The notes under the pieces are model-generated. The model was given only the letters and a program-made list of their open reading frames with translations, was not told where the DNA came from and ran no database searches. This document shows positions 1 to 9,116 of a stretch of 38,664 nt of DNA, one piece after another. This DNA comes from Clostridia bacterium (GTDB taxonomy: Bacteria; Bacillota; Clostridia; Lutisporales; Lutisporaceae): NCBI GenBank assembly GCA_029256365.1, contig JAQSYB010000002.1, positions 1 to 38,664 on the forward strand, written 5' to 3'. Positions within the stretch are counted from its first letter, which is position 1. Every line of letters starts with the position of its first letter. The translations under genes and the position numbers were made by a program.

Positions 1-1
1 A

Positions 2-322
2 GATAGGATTGTGATATCTGTGAAGGACAATGGCATTGGTATTCCAATTGATATGCAGCAGAGTGTTTTTGATCACTTTGTGCAAGTTGACAACTCTCTG
101 AAACGTAGAGCAGAGGGCAGTGGCATTGGACTTTCTATTGTAAAGTCACTTGTTGAGCTGCATGGAGGTTCTGTAATGGTAAACAGTGATTATAAAGAGG
201 GCTGTGAGGTTATCATTGAGATTCCTATTGTTATCATTGAGCATGAGGATGCTTCGGATACTATGATTTCAATTAGCAATGCTGAAAGAGTTAGTATTGA
301 ATTATCAGATTTATATATTTAG
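2..322 (+). CDS. Sensor histidine kinase, C-terminal HATPase_c fragment (5' end lies outside the window)
   Basis: The frame is open from base 2. G1 box DNGIGI, F box VFDHF and G2 box GSGIGLSIV are typical of the GHKL ATPase domain. Stop codon at 320-322. Confidence 0.85.
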   Translation, partial: DRIVISVKDNGIGIPIDMQQSVFDHFVQVDNSLKRRAEGSGIGLSIVKSLVELHGGSVMVNSDYKEGCEVIIEIPIVIIEHEDASDTMISISNAERVSIELSDLYI

Positions 323-334
323 AACAAATACTTT

Positions 335-368
335 GAAGGAATAGCAATAAGCTGTTCCTTCTTTTTTT
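335..368 (+). terminator. Rho-independent terminator after the kinase gene
   Basis: 11-bp stem gaaggaatagc / gctgttccttc (one G-U pair), 5-nt loop, then a run of seven T (362-368). Confidence 0.8.
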
Positions 369-459
369 ATAAATTGTATAGAGTGATGATCTAATGGAAA
401 GCTATATATGAAAATCAATTAATGAACAGCCGGCTAAGGTTATGTTTAGGAGTGAGGAT

Positions 460-903
460 ATGGCATATATCGTTGGAGATGAAATAATAAGTGAAGAAAT
501 CCCTGAGGAAATTAAGGCAATAACTGATAAGCTAAAAGAAAATACCAAACAGAAAGCTTTGGTGTTAATGCAAACCATTGCCGATAACGATGATTTGCTG
601 GCATATATTATTCCGGAAGCGGGTATGGTGCTTTTCGCCAATGAGATAAAAGATGAGAACAAGGTATTTCGATTTCTTGTAGGACAAAACGGTGGGTTAT
701 ATATCGATAACAAGCAGCGAAGAGGTGAAATGTTTTGTCCATTGTTTCCAATATTAGAGGAAAAAATAAAGAGTTTGACTGGTAGGGAAGCAGAAACTGT
801 GTTGAATGACAATGAATACAGGGTGTATGACAGCTTTATGCCAAAAATTGTAGATGCAATCAATCAAATTTTAACAACCAAACCAATGGCATTTCATCAC
901 TAA
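460..903 (+). CDS. Hypothetical acidic protein, no recognisable family
   Basis: The ORF track gives 442-903. I prefer the ATG at 460 because AGGAG at 448-452 sits 7 nt upstream. No motif recognised and no TM segment or signal peptide. Confidence 0.55.
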   Translation: MAYIVGDEIISEEIPEEIKAITDKLKENTKQKALVLMQTIADNDDLLAYIIPEAGMVLFANEIKDENKVFRFLVGQNGGLYIDNKQRRGEMFCPLFPILEEKIKSLTGREAETVLNDNEYRVYDSFMPKIVDAINQILTTKPMAFHH

Positions 904-911
904 ATAAGAAA

Positions 912-936
912 GGCTGTCATTGTTATCATGACAGCC
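912..936. terminator. Hairpin between convergent genes, probably the terminator of the minus-strand HD-GYP gene
   Basis: 9-bp stem ggctgtcat / atgacagcc with a 7-nt loop. The T-rich tail exists only on the minus strand (complement of taaataagaaa). The + strand tail is A-rich. Confidence 0.55.
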
Positions 937-953
937 AAATAATCTTATGATCG

Positions 954-2471
954 CTATATCATATTTTTATTATATAGATTTATCATGATTTCAACTAATT
1001 TTGGGCTAAACTGTGTGCCACTGTTTAAAACCAACTCCTCGAGAGCCTCCTCCTTAGTCATAGGGAGCTTATAGGATCTATTGGAGGTCATTGCATCATA
1101 TGCATCAGCAATACATATTATATTTGCATAAAGCGGCAGTTCAGTAGGATTTTCATCCTTTGGATACCCCGTGAGATCATAACGTTTATGGTGGAGCAGG
1201 GTAGCATTTATAATATTTTCAGATAAGCCTATAGGCCTTAGGATATGACATCCAATGCCTGGATGATTCATAATAACCTCATATTCATGGGGCTCTAGAA
1301 TCCCGGGTTTTGTTAATATGGTGTCGCTTATTCCTATCTTTCCTATGTCATGCAGTATGCCTGCGATTTCAATTTCCTCAACTTCTGCCGAAGTCATGCC
1401 AAGCTCTTTGGCTATGGTGACTGCGTATTGTGCTACTCTGACAGAATGACCTTGTGTATAGGGATCCTTGGCTTCTATTGCGGCTACTAATGTCTTAATG
1501 GTTTTTAAATAATATTGTTTTATTTCTGAATAAAGATCAAGCTTCTCTATAGCAAAAGATATATTGTTTGCTATGGACCCAAGCATATCAATGTAATCCT
1601 CATCCAACTGATCGTTGCAGAGCAGAGAAATAATGCCTATGGGCTTGCCATTTCCTAAAAGTGGAACAAAAATCATATTATCAATATGAGCTCTATTATT
1701 AAAATCCAAATTTTTGTCATAAATATAATCCTTGCAGATTTGGTTAAATTGATATATATTACTCTTTTTTGTGAGATAATCAAAATCGTTCTTATCAATT
1801 GCAATAGGGGATAAATCTACATTGTCCGTAGAACTCCCTGCAGCAGATATACATTGCAATTTGCCCTTTTCATCAATCAGTCTGATGGAGCAGAAAGGAA
1901 TGTGTATGGTATCAACTATTTTCTTTGTTATATTGTCATACAAGTCTGCAATATTTAATGATATCTTATTCGAGGCTATTGCGCTGCTTAATTCGTTTAG
2001 CATGAGCAGCTGTCTGTTTTTCTTATTGAGCTTACGCTCCATTTTTATTCGTTCTGTAACATCTCGACCTACACCTTGTATACCAATCAACGTGCCATTG
2101 CTATAAAGTCTTTTGGTATTGGTTTCAATGACTTTTCTTGTTGTGCCATCTGCATGAATCATCCAAAGCTCTTGCCTGTGAAAATCCATATTGCTCATTT
2201 CTTTGATAATGTCGCTGCAATTCTCATATTGGTGAATAGGACATAAAAATTGAAATAGAGGCTGCATCAGCATTTCTTCTTTTTTGTGACCAAGTACGTT
2301 TTCTACCTCATCATTTATGAAGGTTATGACGCCTTTGCAATCGACGATCCAAACGATATCAGACATATTCTCTATTAACAGCTGATACTTTTGTTGTGAT
2401 TCATTTAACCTCTCAGTGGCTGCTTGAAGCTGCTTATTCATATATTTATTGGAAAAACGCAGTCGTTTCAC
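954..2471 (-). CDS. PAS-GAF-HD-GYP domain protein (putative c-di-GMP phosphodiesterase)
   Basis: HDIGKIG, HHKRYDLTGYP and IADAYDAMTSNRSY motifs mark a C-terminal HD-GYP domain. The N-terminal part looks like PAS followed by GAF. GTG start with AAGGAGGTG 6 nt upstream on the minus strand. Confidence 0.88.
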   Translation of the reverse strand: MKRLRFSNKYMNKQLQAATERLNESQQKYQLLIENMSDIVWIVDCKGVITFINDEVENVLGHKKEEMLMQPLFQFLCPIHQYENCSDIIKEMSNMDFHRQELWMIHADGTTRKVIETNTKRLYSNGTLIGIQGVGRDVTERIKMERKLNKKNRQLLMLNELSSAIASNKISLNIADLYDNITKKIVDTIHIPFCSIRLIDEKGKLQCISAAGSSTDNVDLSPIAIDKNDFDYLTKKSNIYQFNQICKDYIYDKNLDFNNRAHIDNMIFVPLLGNGKPIGIISLLCNDQLDEDYIDMLGSIANNISFAIEKLDLYSEIKQYYLKTIKTLVAAIEAKDPYTQGHSVRVAQYAVTIAKELGMTSAEVEEIEIAGILHDIGKIGISDTILTKPGILEPHEYEVIMNHPGIGCHILRPIGLSENIINATLLHHKRYDLTGYPKDENPTELPLYANIICIADAYDAMTSNRSYKLPMTKEEALEELVLNSGTQFSPKLVEIMINLYNKNMI

Positions 2472-2604
2472 CTAAACACCTCCTTAAGAAATCCTAACTA
2501 TATTGTATAACAAATATTGCTAAATTTCTACAAAAGATGACTATTTTGAATAAAGAGGTAAAAAAAGTAAAAGATGCTGATGGTTATTCAGTGAATTTAC
2601 ATTG

Positions 2605-3315
2605 TCATATTTTTGCTTGCTTAAACTGTCTAGGGGTAAGCCCTGTTTGCTTTTTAAACACACTGGAGAAATATCCTGGGCTGCAAAAATTGAATAGAAA
2701 TGCAATATCCGATATGGACATATTGGAATACTTTAAAAAATACTTGGATTCCTCAATTTTGTTATAATTAATATATTCTATAATACCTAAACCTACGTTT
2801 TTTTTAAACATAGAGCATATATACTCCTTGGACATATTGACTATTTTAACCAAATCCATAAGTGAAATATTTTCGGTTATGTTTTCATGTATGTATTCAA
2901 TAATTCTTATCGTTATGGTGTTATAGCTTTGTATTTTATTCTCATGAATTACATGAATATAATCATCAAGCATTTGATACTCATAATCCTGAAGCATTTT
3001 AATATTTGTAATCCTTTCTATTTCCAGAATGCAAAAGTCGCACAATGAAAATGCGTCTTCAGGTGGAACATTTGCTTCAATGGCAGCTCGAGTAAAAAGC
3101 GTAGCAGAGGCAATTAACGAATTTTTGATAGAACGTATTGGCGTATCTGCCAGTCGAGCTCTTTCCAGCTTATTGACAGAGCGAAGGGTTTCGTGGGCGG
3201 CATCTCTCAACTCACGCTTCATCTCGTTTAACAAACGTTTTTCCAGGTAATAAGATGGATGCATATAATGGTTGTTATGCTTTTCAATTTTTGTCAGTAT
3301 TAGTTTTTGGCTCAT
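2605..3315 (-). CDS. AraC/XylS-family transcriptional regulator
   Basis: C-terminal double HTH (MSKEYICSMFKK...IEYINYNKIEESKYFL...ISDIAFLFNFCSPGYFSSVFKKQTGLTPRQF). The N-terminal domain is helical rather than cupin-like. Divergent from the sugar operon at 3445. Confidence 0.85.
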   Translation of the reverse strand: MSQKLILTKIEKHNNHYMHPSYYLEKRLLNEMKRELRDAAHETLRSVNKLERARLADTPIRSIKNSLIASATLFTRAAIEANVPPEDAFSLCDFCILEIERITNIKMLQDYEYQMLDDYIHVIHENKIQSYNTITIRIIEYIHENITENISLMDLVKIVNMSKEYICSMFKKNVGLGIIEYINYNKIEESKYFLKYSNMSISDIAFLFNFCSPGYFSSVFKKQTGLTPRQFKQAKI

Positions 3316-3330
3316 ATACGTCCCATCCTC

Positions 3331-3382
3331 ATATTAATATTTTGTAAATATTGTTAATATATTATAATTATATTAATATTTT
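3331..3382. promoter_or_regulatory. Direct repeats in the araC / binding-protein divergent control region
   Basis: The exact 13-mer atattaatatttt occurs at 3331-3343 and 3370-3382. The TTAATAT core is at 3334, 3354 and 3373 (20- and 19-bp phasing). A TATAAT follows at 3389-3394. Confidence 0.35.
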
Positions 3383-3444
3383 TAATTATATAATGTCAAT
3401 GAAAGTAAAAATACATAGATTGTATTTTGTGGAGGAGGCAAATC

Positions 3445-4686
3445 ATGAAAAAGTTATTGGCAATGGTTTTAGTCCTAGTGATGGTATTGGCAGTTGGGTG
3501 CCAAAGCACACCAAAGGTGGCTCCAGTTACCACTGAGCCTACACAACCCGCAGCCCCTGTTGAGAAAGTAACAGTTAAATTTGCAGTACAGGCAGACTCA
3601 ACAGATGCACTGAATCAGCTTGTTAAGGCTTACAATGATTCTAGTGACAAGTATCAGGTAGAAGCAGTTGTAATGACAAATGATTCTGGTAATATGCATG
3701 ATCAATTGATCAACTCTTTATCCAGCAAATCCGGTGAATATGATGTAATTTCCATGGACGTTGTTTGGGCTGGCGAATTTGCAGCAGCTGGATATTTAGA
3801 ACCTATTGATACGCTAATCAAAGACAATGGCTGGCTGCCAACAGATTTTAATGCTGGATCCATGGCATCAGGGAAATATAAAGGTAAAAACTATGTATTG
3901 CCTTATTTCTCAGATTTGGGATTCTTATTCTTCCGTAAAGATATCCTGTCAGCAGAAGATGCAAAGAAGCTTGAAGAAGGCGGATATACATGGGCAGAGC
4001 TTCTCAAAATGGCAGAAGGTTATATGGGACAAAAGGGAACAAAGTATGGACACGTATATCAATCAAAGCAATATGAAGGTTTAACCTGCAATTTAAATGA
4101 ATTTACTGCCAACTGGTCTGACATCAAAGGTGGACTTGAGACCATGGCTAAATTTGTGAAATCCAAGGCAACCCCAGAAGATATTTTAGCTTATACTGAA
4201 GGTGAGACTCACAATGCATTCTTAAACGGTGAAGCAGTTTTCGCAAGAAATTGGCCATATATGAACGGTATGGCAGCTAGCGGCGAATATAATGTAAAAG
4301 CTGAGCAAGTAGGCTTTGCGCCACTACCAACAGGCAGTACAGTTGGTGGATGGATACTAGGAGTAAATGCCAACAGTACAAAGATGGATGGAGCGAAAGA
4401 CTTTTTATCCTTCATCGCTGGTCCAAAAGGTCAAAAAATCAATGCTACAGTTGGAAGCTATATGCCTGGCTTTAATGCTTTACTAGCTGATAGTGATGTT
4501 TTGGCAGCCAATGCGTTGCTTACAAATACAGGTTTCCAAAATGCATTGAAAGCAACCATAGCTAGACCGGTTGTTGCAAATTATTCAGAGGTTTCTGATG
4601 TAATTCAAATCAAAGCCCATGAATTCTTATCAGGCAATGGAAAGCTTGAAGATGCTGTAAAAGCAATAGAAGAAAAGTTAAAATAA
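3445..4686 (+). CDS. ABC sugar-binding lipoprotein, CUT1 family (trehalose/maltose-binding-protein-like)
   Basis: ATG at 3445 with GGAGGAGG at 3431-3438 (the track starts earlier at 3427). Signal peptide with lipobox LAVGC. VISMDVVWAGEFAAAGYLEPID is typical of family-1 alpha-glucoside binding proteins. Confidence 0.88.
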   Translation: MKKLLAMVLVLVMVLAVGCQSTPKVAPVTTEPTQPAAPVEKVTVKFAVQADSTDALNQLVKAYNDSSDKYQVEAVVMTNDSGNMHDQLINSLSSKSGEYDVISMDVVWAGEFAAAGYLEPIDTLIKDNGWLPTDFNAGSMASGKYKGKNYVLPYFSDLGFLFFRKDILSAEDAKKLEEGGYTWAELLKMAEGYMGQKGTKYGHVYQSKQYEGLTCNLNEFTANWSDIKGGLETMAKFVKSKATPEDILAYTEGETHNAFLNGEAVFARNWPYMNGMAASGEYNVKAEQVGFAPLPTGSTVGGWILGVNANSTKMDGAKDFLSFIAGPKGQKINATVGSYMPGFNALLADSDVLAANALLTNTGFQNALKATIARPVVANYSEVSDVIQIKAHEFLSGNGKLEDAVKAIEEKLK

Positions 4687-4723
4687 GCAATTCCACTTTT
4701 TGATCCAAGTATTGATTTAAAAC

Positions 4724-4761
4724 AAAAGAAGCTTTAGCCTATTACTAAAGCTTCTTTTTTT
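4724..4761 (+). terminator. Intercistronic hairpin or partial terminator after the binding-protein gene
   Basis: 14-bp stem aaaagaagctttag / ctaaagcttctttt, 7-nt loop and T-rich tail, directly before the AAGGAG RBS of the permease gene. Confidence 0.6.
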
Positions 4762-4773
4762 AAGGAGATTGCG

Positions 4774-6015
4774 ATGAGTAAAATACTTAAATTCTTTGAT
4801 CGGCATTTAGCATATGTAATGATTATTCCAGCCATTATTCTTATATTGCTGTTTTCTATTTTGCCTATTTTAGAGTCCACAAGATATGCATTTTTTGATT
4901 TTCAATTAAATGATCAAAAGAAATCAGGTATATATATGACCTCAAATTATAATATGCCGCTTTCTGATGAAACCTTTGAATACATAGACTATTATTTAGA
5001 AATAGAGGCAGCCACAGTACAAAAGGCAGATACCATTCAATACATCAACAGGATGAGAGACGATATAAAAGGTTATCAGCTGAATTTAAAGTCCATTTTG
5101 GGCAGCCAAACCGGTGTTGTAGAAACAAGCAGAGAAAACATTCAGGTCATTCAAGCTATCAATAAGGACATTAAATTTGCCATTGATTTGCTGTATTCAA
5201 TGGATGATGTATTCTATTCCGAAGAAGATATGCAGGCAGTTGCCTCAGAATTAGAAACATGCATCATTGAGTCTAATTTTATTGGTTTGGATAATTTTAA
5301 GCAAATCTTAAGTGATCCAAGAGTAATTTATACTTTGTCTATCACATTGATATTTACTTTTATCTCTGTATTTTGTGAATTGCTCCTTGGGCTTGCGCTG
5401 GCACTTATTATGAATAAAGCGATGAAGGGTAGAGGACTAATCAGAACATTTTCTCTGATTCCTTGGGCAATCCCAACCTCTGTGGCAGCTCTAATGTGGT
5501 CTTATTTATACAATGGCTCCAGTGGTATCGTAGCAACTGCCTTTTCTAATATTGGGTTGATTGGACAGCCAACAGAATTATTGCTTACAGCAAAAGCAGC
5601 CTTGGGATCCATTATTATGGCAGACGTATGGAAGACTACCCCCTATATGGCATTGCTGATTTTAGCAGGTTTACAGGTTATTCCAAATGCCCTATATGAA
5701 TCTTCTTCCCTAGATGGTGCAAACAAAATCATGCAGTTTAGACACATTACATTGCCATTATTAAAGCCTTCCATTTTGGTAGCTTTGCTGTTTAGAACCT
5801 TAGATGCATTTAGAGTATTTGACTTAATATGGGTTCTTACAGGTGGAGGACCTGGAGGTACGACAGAATCAATTTCTGTCTATGCATATAAGGTGATGTT
5901 TGCTCAAACCAGGTTTGGATATGGTTCAGCAATGGTGTTGATCATGGCTATTGCCGTGGGAATGATATCCTATGCTTATATCAAAATACTAGATGTCAAA
6001 TTAATAGGGGAGTAG
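4774..6015 (+). CDS. ABC sugar permease (BPD_transp_1) with a large insertion in the first extracytoplasmic loop
   Basis: C-terminal half has the typical MalF/UgpA-like membrane core (SSLDGANKIMQFRHITLPLLKP EAA-type loop). About 125 extra residues lie between AFFDF and FIGLDNFKQILSD. Confidence 0.88.
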   Translation: MSKILKFFDRHLAYVMIIPAIILILLFSILPILESTRYAFFDFQLNDQKKSGIYMTSNYNMPLSDETFEYIDYYLEIEAATVQKADTIQYINRMRDDIKGYQLNLKSILGSQTGVVETSRENIQVIQAINKDIKFAIDLLYSMDDVFYSEEDMQAVASELETCIIESNFIGLDNFKQILSDPRVIYTLSITLIFTFISVFCELLLGLALALIMNKAMKGRGLIRTFSLIPWAIPTSVAALMWSYLYNGSSGIVATAFSNIGLIGQPTELLLTAKAALGSIIMADVWKTTPYMALLILAGLQVIPNALYESSSLDGANKIMQFRHITLPLLKPSILVALLFRTLDAFRVFDLIWVLTGGGPGGTTESISVYAYKVMFAQTRFGYGSAMVLIMAIAVGMISYAYIKILDVKLIGE

Positions 6016-6025
6016 GTGGTATAAC

Positions 6026-6850
6026 ATGGTTAATAAAAGAGCAGAAAGGCTATTCGCAATTATTATCGTGCTTTACCTACTTATCATCGTATTTCCTTTC
6101 ATATGGGTAGGAATTACATCATTTAAGCCGGAAAGCGAGATATGGGGAACGGAAGCATTAAATGTGTTTTCCAGCAATTCAACAATGGAGCATTATTTGG
6201 CTTTGTTTAAGGCCAATATATTGAATTCCTTGAAGAACAGCTTAATCATATCTTCCATCACAACATTGTATGTTACATTTGTTGCATCTTGCTGCGCCTA
6301 TGCCATAGCTAGGCTTAAATTTATTGGTAAGAATCTATTGCTGGCAGTTGTATTGGCCACTTCAATGTTTCCACAAATGATTGTAGTGGGACCAATTTAT
6401 AATATTTTCGTAAAACTTGGATGGACGAATTCATACTTTATAACCTTGCCTTATTCCATGATTACGTTACCAGTTGCAATCTTTATACTTGTTACGCATT
6501 TTGCAAAGGTTCCAAAAGAGATGGAGGAATCCGCCAGCATAGATGGGGCATCAAAAATGAGAACCTTTATAAAAATTATACTTCCCTTGGCATTGCCTGG
6601 AATTTTCACAGCAGCAATCATTACCTTCATAGGCGTATGGAATGAGTTTTTGCTTTCCTTGACATTAAACAGTGACAGCAATTATCATACTGCAACTGTT
6701 GCGATTTCGTTTCTGAGAGGACAATTCCAGATATTCTGGGGGCAAGTAACAGCGGCGACAATGGTGGTAACAATTCCTACATTAATTATTGTAATTTTAT
6801 TCCAAAAACAAATTATATCAGGCTTGACATCAGGCGCAGTGAAGGAGTAA
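6026..6850 (+). CDS. ABC sugar permease (MalG/UgpE-like)
   Basis: Six predicted TM segments and the EAA loop ESASIDGASKMRTFIKIILPLALPG. Confidence 0.88.
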   Translation: MVNKRAERLFAIIIVLYLLIIVFPFIWVGITSFKPESEIWGTEALNVFSSNSTMEHYLALFKANILNSLKNSLIISSITTLYVTFVASCCAYAIARLKFIGKNLLLAVVLATSMFPQMIVVGPIYNIFVKLGWTNSYFITLPYSMITLPVAIFILVTHFAKVPKEMEESASIDGASKMRTFIKIILPLALPGIFTAAIITFIGVWNEFLLSLTLNSDSNYHTATVAISFLRGQFQIFWGQVTAATMVVTIPTLIIVILFQKQIISGLTSGAVKE

Positions 6851-6854
6851 AAAA

Positions 6855-9116
6855 ATGTGGCAATTAAAAAGCAATGACTTAAGTATAGAAAGATTATTAC
6901 TAGAAGAAAGCCTTTTTACCATTGGAAATGGTTATATTGGAATCCGGGGCTGCTTTGAGGAAGCTCCTGCGCTAATTGACGATACCATAAGAGGCAGCTA
7001 TATCAACGGTTTTTATGATAGAGTTCCAATCATTTACGAGGAAAGTGCTTCGGGCTTTCCAAGTGTTAAGGACAAGCAACCAAGAGTAATGGACACACAG
7101 ACTTCACTTATTTTTCTAGACGGAGAGATGATAGCAATCAATGCCTCACAGATTCGTGATTACTATAGAGTGCTGGATTTGCAAAAAGGCGCACAACAGC
7201 GTGGCTATACATATATCACGAAAAAAGGAAAGGAAGCAAAGCTTATATTTAGAAGGTTGGCCTCCTTCATAGCCAAGAACATCTTGTGCTATGAAATGGA
7301 TATTACATATCCTGGGGACATTGAAGTGATTTCTTATGTCGATTCAGACGTGCGCAATCATTCCAATGCAGAGGACCCAAGAGTAGCTGCGGGTCATGAT
7401 GTATTATTAAATTTAAATAAGCTATCAGCACAGGGGAATTTGGTATTTTGCGAAATGGAGACAATCACAACAAAAATTCCAGTATTGATGGCTGCAGATT
7501 ATAAATTGATATGTTCTATGGGGGACTACTCTCTTGAGCATAGTCTAGAAAAACAACTTATCGCTACAAAAGCAAAAGGCAGAGGACACATAAAGCTTCA
7601 GAAAAAGTGTATCTTCATTGATGGCACTAGATCTGCCCATTTATATGAGGATGCGATGGAGCTTTATTCTAAATACCAGAATCACACCTTTGATGATTTC
7701 ATAAGGCTGCAGGAAGCTTATCTGGATCAGTTTTGGAAGGCATCAAATATTGAGATATATGGCAGTGAAAGCATCCAGGAAGCTGTTCGGTTCCAGTTGT
7801 TTCAGCTACTGCAATCCCTTGGAAAAGACGAGATATCCAATATTTCAGCAAAAGGCTTAAGTGGAGAGGGCTATGAAGGTCATTATTTTTGGGATACGGA
7901 AATATACGTGCTTCCGTTGTTTCAAATGACTCAGCCAGAGCTTGCCAAGCAGCTTCTTTTGTACCGATATCACATATTGCCTCATGCAAAACAGAGGGCT
8001 AAAGAAATGGGACATAAAAAAGGTGCGGCATATCCATGGCGAACAATATCCGGTATTGAATGTTCCTCATACTTTCCCGCTGGAACTGCTCAGTATCACA
8101 TCAATGCAGATATAGCCTATGGTTTTATTCAATACCACTTGTATCATCAGGACAGATGCTTTATGCTAGAAGCAGCAGCTGAGGTTATCTTTGAAACTGC
8201 GAGAATTTGGCTGGAAATTGGTCATTGGCACAAGGGTGCTTATCACATAGATAATGTAACTGGGCCAGATGAGTACACGGCTATTGTAAATAACAATTAT
8301 TATACCAATGCCATGGCGAAATATCATATGTATTGGGCACATAAGATTTATTTTGAATTGCAGCAATACAATCCAAATGATTTTGAAGGCTTATGTCATA
8401 GAATAAATCTATCTCTTGATGAAATCAAAGAGATGAAGCTTGCCTCAGAAGCTATGTATCTGCCCTATCATGAAGAGTTAGGCATACATGCACAGGATGA
8501 CAGCTTCTTAAGCAAGGCAGTATGGGACTTTGAAAATACTGCTGAAGAGCAGTACCCCCTGCTGCTGCATTTTCATCCCTTGACCATATATCGTTATCAG
8601 GTGCTCAAACAGCCAGATACCGTATTGGCGCACTTCTTATTAGAAGACTATGCAGATTTGGAGATCATGAAAAAGTCCTATGATTATTATGAAAAAATAA
8701 CAACCCACGATTCTTCCCTTTCCTCTTGTGTTTACGGAATTATGGCATCAAGGTGCGGCTATTATGACACCGCTTATGCGTATTTTATAGAAAACCTTAG
8801 ACTGGATTTGGATGATAAGCATGGAAATACCAAGGATGGACTGCATATGGCAAGCCTTGCAGGCAGCTGCTTGGGAGTTATCAATGGATTTGCAGGATAT
8901 AGAATAAAGGAAAGCGGGATATCCATTTCGCCAATTGTCCCCAAACAATTTGAGGGATATTGCTTTAAAATCCAATTCAGGGGCTCTTTGTTGGAGATCA
9001 AAGTAAAGGAGCTTATTACCATTAAGCTTCTGCATGGAAACCCCACTAAAATAACAATTTATGATCAGGAATATATGGTAGAGGAAACAATTGAAGTAGA
9101 AAGGAAGCAACTATGA
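6855..9116 (+). CDS. Glycoside hydrolase family 65 alpha-glucoside phosphorylase (kojibiose/nigerose/maltose/trehalose phosphorylase family, specificity not assignable)
   Basis: 753 aa. GEGYEGHYFWDTEIYVLPLF and TGPDEYTAIVNNNYYTN are characteristic of the GH65 catalytic domain. Followed by beta-phosphoglucomutase. Confidence 0.9.
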   Translation: MWQLKSNDLSIERLLLEESLFTIGNGYIGIRGCFEEAPALIDDTIRGSYINGFYDRVPIIYEESASGFPSVKDKQPRVMDTQTSLIFLDGEMIAINASQIRDYYRVLDLQKGAQQRGYTYITKKGKEAKLIFRRLASFIAKNILCYEMDITYPGDIEVISYVDSDVRNHSNAEDPRVAAGHDVLLNLNKLSAQGNLVFCEMETITTKIPVLMAADYKLICSMGDYSLEHSLEKQLIATKAKGRGHIKLQKKCIFIDGTRSAHLYEDAMELYSKYQNHTFDDFIRLQEAYLDQFWKASNIEIYGSESIQEAVRFQLFQLLQSLGKDEISNISAKGLSGEGYEGHYFWDTEIYVLPLFQMTQPELAKQLLLYRYHILPHAKQRAKEMGHKKGAAYPWRTISGIECSSYFPAGTAQYHINADIAYGFIQYHLYHQDRCFMLEAAAEVIFETARIWLEIGHWHKGAYHIDNVTGPDEYTAIVNNNYYTNAMAKYHMYWAHKIYFELQQYNPNDFEGLCHRINLSLDEIKEMKLASEAMYLPYHEELGIHAQDDSFLSKAVWDFENTAEEQYPLLLHFHPLTIYRYQVLKQPDTVLAHFLLEDYADLEIMKKSYDYYEKITTHDSSLSSCVYGIMASRCGYYDTAYAYFIENLRLDLDDKHGNTKDGLHMASLAGSCLGVINGFAGYRIKESGISISPIVPKQFEGYCFKIQFRGSLLEIKVKELITIKLLHGNPTKITIYDQEYMVEETIEVERKQL

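Noticed and set aside
426-437. 12-mer ACAGCCGGCTAA shared with 29087-29098
   Set aside because: By a rough uniform-composition estimate, exact 12-mer matches are expected by chance many times in a window this size. The flanks do not extend the similarity, so this is not a repeat element.
402-863. 153-aa minus-strand ORF
   Set aside because: It lies entirely antisense to the better-supported + strand ORF at 460-903. It is Ser/Ile/Leu-rich and low-complexity with no RBS. It is a typical shadow ORF in AT-rich DNA.
3351-3536. 61-aa + strand ORF, and the alternative start at 3427 for the binding protein
   Set aside because: It begins in the AT-rich promoter region. The ATG at 3445 has a perfect GGAGGAGG SD and yields a canonical lipoprotein signal peptide.
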